Shown here in pieces: positions 55,856 to 64,000 of a stretch of DNA of 64,000 nt; position 1 is the stretch's first letter, and each line of letters starts with the position of its first letter. Under the pieces are notes generated by a model. That model made no database searches. It saw only the letters and a program-made list of their open reading frames with translations, and was not told where the DNA came from. Where the stretch lies: NCBI GenBank assembly GCA_017449075.1, contig JAFSKG010000044.1, forward strand, positions 4,339 through 68,338, read 5' to 3'. A program made the position numbers and the translations under genes. This DNA is from Lachnospiraceae bacterium (GTDB lineage: Bacteria > Bacillota > Clostridia > Lachnospirales > Lachnospiraceae).

Positions 55856-56791
55856 ATGCAACAATCACTAACGCAATATAAAACATTTTATGAAGTTGCA
55901 AAATCAGAGAATGTCTCAAAAGCTTCAAGAATTTTGCTAATATCACAGCCGGCTGTGTCTAAATCTATCAAAAAACTCGAAGACTCTTTGGGGGTAAAAC
56001 TTTTTGATAGGACGACAGTTGGTCTAAACCTAACCTCTGAAGGCAAGTTACTTTACGAGCACCTAACTACTGCATTCAACTATATTAATGATGCAGAACT
56101 TAAACTTAAGACATTTAGCAATATTAATTTTGGACATATAAGAATTGCTGCTTCTCAAAGCCTTGTGAAACATCTTCTTATGTCATATATAAGTATCTAT
56201 GCAAGAGAGCATCCAAATATTAGGCTTTCTGTGACAACTATGCATACAACTAAATGCTTTGAAAAATTGACTGAGAAAAAGATTGACCTAGCTTTCCTGC
56301 ATAAAGGTGATGTAAGCTACAAGGAAATAGAATATATTCCACTACTTGATATTCACTACTGCTTCGTAGCGTCTAAAGAATATATGTCATATTTTTCAAA
56401 AGTATTTCCTAATAATCCTGACTATTTTGCAAATGGTAACATCTTGCTTCTTGATAAAAAGAACACGACTCGCGACTACATAGATAAGATTTTTGAAAGC
56501 AATAAGATAATCCCAAGGCAGATTATGGAAGTTAATAATACCGAATCTATGATTGACTTTGCAAAAAATGGTGTGGGAATTGCCTGCGTCATAGAGGAAT
56601 TTGTACAGGACGAACTTGACAAAAAGCAGCTTGTGAAAATACCAATCAAATTCAAGATTCCAAAATATTCTGTTGGTTACGCTTACAACAAGACAAATAT
56701 TAGTAAAGAGCTAAACGACTTCCTCTCTGTAATAAATGGTGGGAATGTCCTAATTAGTAAAACAGAAAATAAAAAGAAAAAGAGTAAGTAA
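55856..56791 (+). CDS. LysR-family transcriptional regulator
   Basis: N-terminal wHTH FYEVAKSENVSKASRILLISQPAVSKSIKKLE. The start is set at the ATG at 55856, behind SD GGGGGA. It is divergent or adjacent to the purine catabolic genes. Confidence 0.85.
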   Translation: MQQSLTQYKTFYEVAKSENVSKASRILLISQPAVSKSIKKLEDSLGVKLFDRTTVGLNLTSEGKLLYEHLTTAFNYINDAELKLKTFSNINFGHIRIAASQSLVKHLLMSYISIYAREHPNIRLSVTTMHTTKCFEKLTEKKIDLAFLHKGDVSYKEIEYIPLLDIHYCFVASKEYMSYFSKVFPNNPDYFANGNILLLDKKNTTRDYIDKIFESNKIIPRQIMEVNNTESMIDFAKNGVGIACVIEEFVQDELDKKQLVKIPIKFKIPKYSVGYAYNKTNISKELNDFLSVINGGNVLISKTENKKKKSK

Positions 56792-56801
56792 AAAATAAAT
56801 T

Positions 56802-56831
56802 AAAAACAGCAGCTAGTAACTGCTGTTTTTT
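56802..56831. terminator. Bidirectional terminator
   Basis: AAAA-ACAGCAG-CTAGTAA-CTGCTGT-TTTTT. Confidence 0.8.
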
Positions 56832-56842
56832 ATGTCTTCTAT

Positions 56843-58111
56843 TTAAACAATCTTTTTGCCTGCTATAAACTTTGCATATACATTTGTATGCGACCTATAA
56901 ATGTATCTTTCAAATCGTTCTAATAGATTTAATTCTGACATTAAAACTGTTGGTATATCTCTCTCATTTAAAACTATCGCATCAAATTCATAACCTTTAT
57001 CAAAACTTCCCACTTTCCCAAAAAACTCTCCACCGCCAAGCGTAGCAAGATATAATGCTTGCTCTATAGTAACATTATAATACTCTGAATCAAATAAACA
57101 ATTTCTAACCTTTGAAGTTGTTATAGTATCTTCAATCGCCCTAAACATAGATAGATAAGATCCTCCAGCAACATCTGTAGCAAGACCGACTTTAATTCCT
57201 TCTCTCAAATATCTTCCTATCGGAGCCATACCTGAAGACAAATTTCTATTAGAAGCTGGACTATGTGCAACCCACACATTTCCATTCTTCATAAGTTCTA
57301 TACCCTTTTCATCCGGCCACACATAATGAGCCATTATAGACTTTGTCGTTGTACCAAGCATACCATATTTATTGTAGCCTTCCTCATAGTTTTTTACTTT
57401 TGGCATCAACTCTTTTACCCATTCTATCTCAGAACGATTCTCTGACAAATGTGATTGAACAGGTAAATTTTTATCAATCATTATCTTAGACAACTCTTTC
57501 ATAAGTTTGTCACTGCATGTCGGTATAAAACGTGGAGTTATAATAGGCTTAATATTCTTAAAATCTTCACAGGCATCAAGCCACTCTAAAGTATTTTTTA
57601 CTGATTTATTTGTAGTCTCAATTAGATACTTTGGTGAATTTCTATCCATGTTGACTTTTCCAACATAACCCTTAAATCCAGTCTTCTCAAGTTCGTTCAT
57701 AAGATAAAGTGTTGCTTCGTTATGTATTGTAGCAAACATAGAAAACCTTGTAGTTGATGACAAAGTTAAGTCATGAACAAAAATATCATAAGCCTTTTTG
57801 GCAAAACTCAAATTTTTATATTTGGCTTCAGCTGGAAATGTATAGGTGTTTAACCAATCAAGCAACTTCAAATCCATATGAAGTCCAACAAATATATACT
57901 GTGGTGCATGCAAATGCATATCTACAAGTCCAGGTATTATAAGATAGCCACTATAGTCATACACTTTTATTCCTTTATACTTTGCCGGAAGTTTCTTGTA
58001 TACACCTTCACTTTTCCCATCCACACAAACCAAATAAGAATTCTCATGTTGAGAAACTTTATTTAAACTCTTTGAATATAAAATATCACCTTTTAGTGCA
58101 AAATCTTTCAT
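56843..58111 (-). CDS. Amidohydrolase, guanine deaminase-like
   Basis: HxH metal motif in PGLVDMHLHAPQY, followed by LLDWLNTYTFPAE, typical of guanine deaminases. Purine-cluster context. Confidence 0.62.
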   Translation of the reverse strand: MKDFALKGDILYSKSLNKVSQHENSYLVCVDGKSEGVYKKLPAKYKGIKVYDYSGYLIIPGLVDMHLHAPQYIFVGLHMDLKLLDWLNTYTFPAEAKYKNLSFAKKAYDIFVHDLTLSSTTRFSMFATIHNEATLYLMNELEKTGFKGYVGKVNMDRNSPKYLIETTNKSVKNTLEWLDACEDFKNIKPIITPRFIPTCSDKLMKELSKIMIDKNLPVQSHLSENRSEIEWVKELMPKVKNYEEGYNKYGMLGTTTKSIMAHYVWPDEKGIELMKNGNVWVAHSPASNRNLSSGMAPIGRYLREGIKVGLATDVAGGSYLSMFRAIEDTITTSKVRNCLFDSEYYNVTIEQALYLATLGGGEFFGKVGSFDKGYEFDAIVLNERDIPTVLMSELNLLERFERYIYRSHTNVYAKFIAGKKIV

Positions 58112-58123
58112 ATTGTGTGATAA

Positions 58124-58504
58124 CTATTCCTTTACTGCTAAAACTTCTACTTCGCAAAGAACACCCTTTGGTATTGCTTTTACAGCTACGCAACTTCTTG
58201 CTGGCTTTACACTTCCATTAAAGTACTTTGCATATACTTCATTAAACTTAGCGAAGTCTCCCATATCAGCAAGAAAGCAAGTTGTCTTAACTACATTTGA
58301 ATAATCCATGCCATTTGCTTTTAAGATTGCTCCTACATTTTTGCAACTTTGCTCAGCCTGTGCCTCGATACCTTCTGGTGCATTTCCAGTTGCTGGGTCT
58401 ACAGGTATTTGACCTGAAGCAAATAAAAAGTTTCCTACTGCAACTGCTTGACTATATGGTCCTATAGCAGCTGGTGCGTCGTTTGTCTTAATTTCTTTTA
58501 ACAT
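58124..58504 (-). CDS. ridA: RidA/YjgF-family reactive-intermediate deaminase
   Basis: 126 aa with AIGPYSQAV...SGQIP...ARSCVAV. Confidence 0.85.
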   Translation of the reverse strand: MLKEIKTNDAPAAIGPYSQAVAVGNFLFASGQIPVDPATGNAPEGIEAQAEQSCKNVGAILKANGMDYSNVVKTTCFLADMGDFAKFNEVYAKYFNGSVKPARSCVAVKAIPKGVLCEVEVLAVKE

Positions 58505-58540
58505 AATTTATCTCCTTTTTAATATAACATACTACCTAAT

Positions 58541-58559
58541 GGGCGAGTTACACGAGCTC
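58541..58559 (+). repeat. Diverged GC-rich repeat copy in the ade-ridA spacer
   Basis: GGGCGAGTTACACGAGCTC aligns with GGGGCGAGC-ATT-GCGAGCCC. It abuts the ade stop codon. Confidence 0.4.
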
Positions 58560-60328
58560 TAGAATATCGCATCTACAACTTTCTGCTCACTTACTCTTAC
58601 TAAACCTTTTGGTATAATCTTAAGTTCTGGTATAACAGGGAGTTGCATAAATGCAAGAGTCATGAATGGATCGATATCTCTCTTGACCCCTAAATCATAA
58701 TATGCAATATCTTTTAATTTTTCAAGATTGCTAATAACATAATTTTCATCATTTTCTGTCATGAGTCCTGCTACTTCAAGTTTTAAATCTCCAAGCAATA
58801 CGCTATCACAGACTATCGCAATTCCACCATTGTTATTTTTTACTGTATTGACCGCCATTGCCATGTCCTTGTCATTGACACCTACAACTATTATATTGTG
58901 TGAATCATGACCTATACTTGAAGCAATAGCACCCTGTCTTATGCCGTATCCTTTTAAAAATCCTATGCCAATATGTCCTGTATTGTGATGCCTCTCAACA
59001 ACTGCAATCTTAGCAATGTTTCTGTCTATGTCAACGCCATATGGCATATCTTTATTTTCTATAATATCAAGAGTTGATTCTTTAGTCAAAACTCCACCAG
59101 GTATTAACTCAATAACTCTCTCTTTATTACCAACTTTATTAATTTCAAAATCTGATTCTTTTACACTATCTAAATTAAATGAATGGTATACTCTACTAAA
59201 TACTTCCTTGTCCAAGGTATTCATATCCTCTGAACTTTTATGAAGAGTCCTATTGTATTCTGATACTTTCTTTCCAGCCAAATAGCAAGAATGAATTTTA
59301 AATGTCTCAAGATCATCAAGAACAATTAAGTTAGCCATATATCCAATTCCGATTGCGCCCACATGACCTAACCCATAGTGAAGTGCCGGATTTAGACTTC
59401 CCATCTTTATAGCTCTTATAGGGTCAGCACCTTTTGCAATTGCTTTTCTAACAATTCTATCTATATGTCCTTCATCTATAATTGTGTCTGGATGACTGTC
59501 ATCAGTCGCAAGCATACATCTATTGTGATATGGTGCTTTAAAAAGATCCATAAGTGCATCTAAGTCTTTACAAACTGTTCCCTCGCGAATTTGTATCCAC
59601 ATTCCTCGATCAAGTTTTTCCATTGCCTCTTTTATATTAGAACACTCATGGTCGCTTGAAATGGCAGATGTTAAATACGCATTTAATTGTTTTCCATAAA
59701 CACTTGGTGCGTGACCATCTATTAGTTTTCCTGCATTAATGGCATCAACACATTTTTTTACACACTGTTCATCAGAATGTATCAAACCATATGCATTCAT
59801 CATCTCAGCAAGCCCATATATTCTGTCATTATCATATAGTGGTTTTATATCATCAGCAGTTAAAGTTGCACCCGACTCATCAAGAGGCGTCGATGGGACG
59901 CAAGATGGCACCATTACTCCTACAAATAAATCCAAATCTTCAGTCATCTTAAGTATGTAATTAATTCCATCGATTCCTGCTACATTTGCGATCTCGTGTG
60001 GATCAACAATCACACCAGCTGTACCATGGCATACAACCAAATCCCTAAAGCTTCTCGGACTAATCATTGCTGATTCAAGATGTATGTGACTATCTATAAA
60101 TGATGGTACTACAACTTTATTTGTACAGTCCACCTCTACTTCACCCTCATACTCACCTATGCCCACTATATGCCTTCTACAGATGGCTATATCAGCTACT
60201 TCTATTCTCTCAGAAAACAAATTAACAAAACTTGCATTTTTAAATACAAGATCTGCCTTACGTTCACTCATCGCAACTTGCACTCTGTCTTTGAGACGCT
60301 CTTCAGTTGTCATGAAATATCTTTTCAT
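58559..60328 (-). CDS. ade: Adenine deaminase
   Basis: 589 aa with metal motif PSFIDSHIHLESA and a two-domain Ade architecture. Confidence 0.88.
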   Translation of the reverse strand: MKRYFMTTEERLKDRVQVAMSERKADLVFKNASFVNLFSERIEVADIAICRRHIVGIGEYEGEVEVDCTNKVVVPSFIDSHIHLESAMISPRSFRDLVVCHGTAGVIVDPHEIANVAGIDGINYILKMTEDLDLFVGVMVPSCVPSTPLDESGATLTADDIKPLYDNDRIYGLAEMMNAYGLIHSDEQCVKKCVDAINAGKLIDGHAPSVYGKQLNAYLTSAISSDHECSNIKEAMEKLDRGMWIQIREGTVCKDLDALMDLFKAPYHNRCMLATDDSHPDTIIDEGHIDRIVRKAIAKGADPIRAIKMGSLNPALHYGLGHVGAIGIGYMANLIVLDDLETFKIHSCYLAGKKVSEYNRTLHKSSEDMNTLDKEVFSRVYHSFNLDSVKESDFEINKVGNKERVIELIPGGVLTKESTLDIIENKDMPYGVDIDRNIAKIAVVERHHNTGHIGIGFLKGYGIRQGAIASSIGHDSHNIIVVGVNDKDMAMAVNTVKNNNGGIAIVCDSVLLGDLKLEVAGLMTENDENYVISNLEKLKDIAYYDLGVKRDIDPFMTLAFMQLPVIPELKIIPKGLVRVSEQKVVDAIF

Positions 60329-60354
60329 AATTTCTCCACAAATGAAGCACTATC

Positions 60355-60393
60355 AATTTATAACAAAATTGGATGGGCATATAGCCCATCCAA
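60355..60393 (-). terminator. Rho-independent terminator after the permease gene
   Basis: TTGGATGGGC-ATATA-GCCCATCCAA (60369-60393). On the minus strand it is followed by TTTTGTTAT. Confidence 0.8.
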
Positions 60394-60402
60394 AAAACAA
60401 AA

Positions 60403-61785
60403 CTAAATCATTATATACTTTAGTATAAATAGTAATGCTATAACAAATAACGTAGGTGTAATTTTCTTTCCGTTTCCAGAAACTAAATTGATAACTACAT
60501 AAGAAATTATACCAAATGCAATACCTTCAGAAATACTATAGAAGAAAGGCATAGCAAGAATTGCAAGGAATGCTGGAACTGATTCAGTCGCATCATCCCA
60601 AGGAATGTCTACAACGTGCTTCATCATGAGATATCCAACGATAACAAGTGCTGGAGCAGTTGCAAATGAAGGTATAACGCTGAAAATTGGCCAGAAGAAC
60701 ATTGCCACCAAGAACAATATTCCTACTGTAATAGCAGTAAGTCCTGTTCTACCACCAGCTTCAATACCAGATGCTGATTCTACGAATGTAGTAACAGTTG
60801 ATGTACCACAAACTGCACCTACTGTTGTACCAACTGCATCTGCAAAAAGAGCATACTTAACATTGTGGAGACGTCCTTTCTCGTTTAACATACCGCCAGC
60901 TTTTGCACAACCTATAAGTGTACCAAGAGTATCAAATATATCTACGAACAAGAAAGAAACTACAACTACTATGAAATTGATTAAACTTATAGACTTTATC
61001 TCTCCAAAACCTTTCACAAATGCACCAAAGGTTGGCGCCATAGATGCTGGCATTGCAAATACACCACTAGGTATTACAGAATAGAAACCTGCTTCTGGAT
61101 TTGGTCTATAAATTCCAAATATTTGTGCAATAATTCCTAATACCCAAGTAATAAGAATTCCAAGAAGTATATTTCCTTTTACTTTTTTGTGAACTAAGTA
61201 AGCTGTAACAACAATTCCAATTAAGCAAAGAACTGCAGAGCAAACTTGTAAATCCATTACATTGTACTCTTTGTCAAATGCTGAATGGAAAGAAATAAGT
61301 GAAACAACAGTACTATCACTTGCTTGTAATACTTTAGCATTAATAAGTGCAATAATAGTAATGAAAAGTCCGATACCTGCTGAAACTGCACTCTTAAGTG
61401 AAAGTGGGATAGCCTCAAACATAGCCTCTCTTACATTTACAACTGACAATAAAAGGAATATAACACCCTCTACAAATACAGCTGCAAGTGCAACTTGCCA
61501 TGAAACTCCAAGTCCAAATACAACTGAGTAAGTAAAATAAGCATTAAGACCCATACCAGCTGAAAGTGCAAATGGGAAATTACCAATTAATCCCATAAGG
61601 AAACATGCAATTGCTGATGAAACACCAGTAGCGCTAAAGACTGATCCTGCATCCATACCAGATGCTGATAAAATGCTTGGGTTAACTGCTAAAATATAAG
61701 CCATTGCCATAAAAGTTGTTAATCCAGCAATTAACTCAGTTCTTACATCTGTGCCTTTCTCTTTAAGTTTGAAAAGTTTTTCCAT
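60403..61785 (-). CDS. NCS2/AzgA-family purine permease (adenine/guanine/hypoxanthine)
   Basis: 460 aa. The N-terminus FKLKEKGTDVRTELIAGLTTFMAMAYILAVNP is typical of PbuG/AzgA-type permeases. Confidence 0.88.
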   Translation of the reverse strand: MEKLFKLKEKGTDVRTELIAGLTTFMAMAYILAVNPSILSASGMDAGSVFSATGVSSAIACFLMGLIGNFPFALSAGMGLNAYFTYSVVFGLGVSWQVALAAVFVEGVIFLLLSVVNVREAMFEAIPLSLKSAVSAGIGLFITIIALINAKVLQASDSTVVSLISFHSAFDKEYNVMDLQVCSAVLCLIGIVVTAYLVHKKVKGNILLGILITWVLGIIAQIFGIYRPNPEAGFYSVIPSGVFAMPASMAPTFGAFVKGFGEIKSISLINFIVVVVSFLFVDIFDTLGTLIGCAKAGGMLNEKGRLHNVKYALFADAVGTTVGAVCGTSTVTTFVESASGIEAGGRTGLTAITVGILFLVAMFFWPIFSVIPSFATAPALVIVGYLMMKHVVDIPWDDATESVPAFLAILAMPFFYSISEGIAFGIISYVVINLVSGNGKKITPTLFVIALLFILKYIMI

Positions 61786-61876
61786 AGAAACCCTCCTAAA
61801 ATATTTTTATAAGATTACTCACATTCTTTAGGAATCTATAGTCTTCCTAAAAAAAGAGCAAAATTATACATGATTA

Positions 61877-61885
61877 ATTATAACA
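61877..61885 (-). promoter_or_regulatory. Extended -10 (TGTTATAAT) for the permease operon
   Basis: The minus strand reads TTTATA-N17-TATAAT with a TGn extension, about 90 nt upstream of the ATG. Confidence 0.4.
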
Positions 61886-61908
61886 TTTTTCTATCATAAT
61901 ATAAAGCA

Positions 61909-63333
61909 CTAAAAACTCTCATGCAACTTTCGTTTAATAAATTTTCCGGTATTTTCAACTATATTCTTATCTTCGTCTACAACCTGTCTTCCTCTAAGAA
62001 AGACTTTTTCTATCTTTCCCTTAAGTTTCTTTCCTTCAAATGCGCAGTAGTCTGATTTAGACACTTGACTCTTTATGCTTAAAACAGTCGTCTTTTTTGG
62101 GTCTATTATAACAAAATCTGCATCATAACCTTCTTTTATAAATCCTTTTCTGTCCCAAAGTCCAAATAGTCTTGCTGTATTTTCAGAGAGCAGCTCACAC
62201 ATTCTTTCTATTTTTAGTTTCTTGTTTTGACATGCATCAAAAAGTAAAATGCCTCTTTGTTCCACTCCATTTAAGCCACCTGGTATTTTCCTAAAATCAT
62301 CTTTGCCGAGTGCTTTTTGCTCTTTAGTAAATGAGCAGTGATCAGTAGAAACTATATCTATACTTCCATCATTGATTGCTTTCCATAGAGCTTTAATATC
62401 TTTCTTCTTTCTAATTGGTGGTGCACATACATACTTACTCGCTTCATCAAATTTTTTCTTATAGACACTATCATCAAAGTATAAATACTGAGGACATGTT
62501 TCCCCATAAACTTTATATCCCTTTTCTTTAGCTATCTTAACTTCGTTAAGTGCTTCTTCACAAGTAACATGAACTGCCAAAAATGCTGCGCTAGTTATAT
62601 GCGACATATAGGCAAGTCTATTTACACAATCAGCTTCTGCCACAGCTGGTCGAGTTAAAGCATGCGAAATAACTTTTTTATTATCATCGCCAACTACATT
62701 AGCTCGAAGTTCTTTTATTATTCCATCATTTTCACAGTGAACTCCTGTTATGCCTTTACACTTTGCAATTTCTGTAAGTGCATCAAGTAATTTATCATCA
62801 TCAAGTTTAATGTCATAAGTAGTATATAATTTAAATGAAGTTACACCCTCTTTTATCATTTCCTTAATTTCAGAACGAACTTTATCATTCATTTCTGATA
62901 TAGACATGTGAACTCCGAAATCACAACTCACACCATCTTTTGCTTTGTCAAGCCAATTTTTAAGTCCTTGCTTTAAAGTCTCTCCGTGATACTGCGTTCC
63001 ATAATCTATTATAGTTGTTGTGCCGCCAGATACCGCTGCCTTAGTTCCACTTGCAAAATCATCAATAGTAGTAGTGCCTGCAACTGACAAATCAAAGTGA
63101 GTATGTCCATCTATGAAGCCTGGGAAAATATATTTACCTTTGCAGTCAATAACTTGTACGCTTGAGTTCTGCGATCCCTTTGGCGAAGCCAATCGTAGGG
63201 GCGAGCTTTGCGAGCCCGGCACTTTTATATTCTTTGCAACTCTCTTTATCTTCTCGCCTTCAATTAAAATGTCAGCAACAAAAGACTTTTTGCTATTAAC
63301 TACTATTCCGTTTTTTAACAATATTTTTTTCAT
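61909..63333 (-). CDS. D-hydantoinase/dihydropyrimidinase-family amidohydrolase carrying a 20-codon GC-rich insertion
   Basis: Motifs PGFIDGHTHF, carboxylated-Lys region TSFKLY, and STDHC. The insertion PGSQSSPLRLASPKGSQNSS lies between the first beta-strands. Confidence 0.8.
   Translation of the reverse strand: MKKILLKNGIVVNSKKSFVADILIEGEKIKRVAKNIKVPGSQSSPLRLASPKGSQNSSVQVIDCKGKYIFPGFIDGHTHFDLSVAGTTTIDDFASGTKAAVSGGTTTIIDYGTQYHGETLKQGLKNWLDKAKDGVSCDFGVHMSISEMNDKVRSEIKEMIKEGVTSFKLYTTYDIKLDDDKLLDALTEIAKCKGITGVHCENDGIIKELRANVVGDDNKKVISHALTRPAVAEADCVNRLAYMSHITSAAFLAVHVTCEEALNEVKIAKEKGYKVYGETCPQYLYFDDSVYKKKFDEASKYVCAPPIRKKKDIKALWKAINDGSIDIVSTDHCSFTKEQKALGKDDFRKIPGGLNGVEQRGILLFDACQNKKLKIERMCELLSENTARLFGLWDRKGFIKEGYDADFVIIDPKKTTVLSIKSQVSKSDYCAFEGKKLKGKIEKVFLRGRQVVDEDKNIVENTGKFIKRKLHESF
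63160..63219 (+). repeat. GC-rich repeat inserted in-frame in the hydantoinase gene
   Basis: The plus strand reads ...TTGGCGAAGCCAATCGTAGGGGCGAGCTTTGCGAGCCCGG. It is exactly 60 nt (20 codons) and strongly GC-rich against an AT-rich flank. The core differs at only 1 position from the copy at 46831-46855. Confidence 0.7.
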
Positions 63334-63341
63334 TGATATAA

Positions 63342-64000
63342 TTATTTAGCATATGGAGTATTTTTGAGTGGCAATTCAGTTTGAAACTCGCCATCTTTTC
63401 TATAATATGCAAGTGCTATTGCTGGTGCAGTTGGTATAGCCGTAATTTCTCCACAACCTATAGCACCATTTGCAAATTTCATTCCGTCTTTTTCAACTAC
63501 AATAGAAGTAAGTTCTGGAACTTTATTAGCTCTAAAGAGTCCGTAAGTTCCATACTTTGCATTAACTTTTCCCTCTACGACCTTTAAATCTTCAGTTAGA
63601 GCATAGCCCATGCTCATTACCATGCCGCCTTCTATCTGTCCCTCTACTCCAAGTTTATTTACTGCTTTTCCAATTTCATGAGCGCCAACCATCTCTTTTA
63701 TAGTGCCATCATCATTTAATATACAAAGTTGAGTAGCAAATCCATATCCTATATGAGAAACTGGGAACTCTTTCTCTGCTCCTAATTTATCAGTTGGCTC
63801 AAAGAATTCAGCTTCATAAATTTTTCCATTTAATTTATTTAAATCTTTTCCATTTGCATTGTAATCTTTATTAAGTTCGCGTGTTGCACGAAGGCATGCT
63901 TCACCTGTTATAAGAGTGTGACGGCTTCCAGAACTACATCCGCTATCAGGATCAGTTCCGCTATTTGAGTTTTTCCAAACTATCTTATCTATAGGAAGTT
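63342..64000 (-). CDS. Xanthine dehydrogenase/aldehyde oxidase molybdopterin-binding subunit, C-terminal part. The N-terminus lies beyond the window.
   Basis: My own extension of the track ORF: the frame stays open to position 64000 (...GYGFATQLCILNDDGTIKEMVGAHEIGKAVNKLGVEGQIEGGMVMSMGYALTE...). This pattern is typical of XDH Mo-subunit C-termini. Confidence 0.7.
   Translation of the reverse strand, partial: LPIDKIVWKNSNSGTDPDSGCSSGSRHTLITGEACLRATRELNKDYNANGKDLNKLNGKIYEAEFFEPTDKLGAEKEFPVSHIGYGFATQLCILNDDGTIKEMVGAHEIGKAVNKLGVEGQIEGGMVMSMGYALTEDLKVVEGKVNAKYGTYGLFRANKVPELTSIVVEKDGMKFANGAIGCGEITAIPTAPAIALAYYRKDGEFQTELPLKNTPYAK

Noticed and set aside
61786-61908. A purine riboswitch upstream of the purine permease.
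   Set aside because: No three-helix junction or conserved loop-loop motifs could be found by eye. Only a simple hairpin and promoter-like elements are present.

Overview
Low-GC (roughly 30% by eye) Firmicute-type (Clostridia/Tissierellia-like) chromosomal segment, densely packed with about 49 CDS, almost all on the minus strand. The organism cannot be named from sequence alone, and no rRNA, tRNA, CRISPR array, transposase or integrase was seen.

Gene content, left to right:
- A partial secreted protein with cell-wall-binding repeats.
- An operon of DnaD-like, DnaC-like, long-form Prs, acyltransferase and SAM-methyltransferase genes.
- A tightly coupled prfC-metN-metI-murC block.
- A dcw cluster: mraZ-rsmH-ftsL-PBP-mraY-murD-ftsW-ftsQ-like-ftsZ. 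It has no ftsA and no murE, murF or murG.
- A divergent lipoprotein that looks like a metallophosphatase but has lost its catalytic motifs.
- A pentapeptide-repeat protein.
- comM and dprA, separated by a small AT-rich ORF that looks like a nuclease.
- A 1425-aa fusion of a double BcrAD/BadFG-type activase with an HgdAB/DUF2229-like module.
- A 9.9-kb gene for a roughly 3312-aa surface protein, built from about 10-11 modules of DUF285/BspA-type repeats. It ends in a proline-rich linker and cell-wall-binding repeats.
- Housekeeping genes: rfbC, an RluA-family synthase, trxB, lepA, pgk, gap, a Na/Pi transporter and Mrp.
- A purine-catabolism cluster: LysR regulator, guanine-deaminase-like enzyme, RidA, adenine deaminase, NCS2 permease, hydantoinase, and a partial xanthine dehydrogenase Mo-subunit.

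Most interesting non-genic signal: a GC-rich mosaic repeat family with core GTAGGGGCGA(A)GC-N3-4-GCGAGCCC, often carrying GCGAAGC.
- It recurs at least 7 times.
- It occurs in intergenic spacers.
- It occurs in-frame inside ORFs: a 20-codon insertion in the hydantoinase and two copies in the giant adhesin gene.
- It occurs inside a 186-bp imperfect palindrome between lepA and potD.

Also notable are two arrays of AAGTGG/ATGGC direct repeats (MraZ-box-like) over a strong mraZ promoter, and two candidate leaderless mRNAs.
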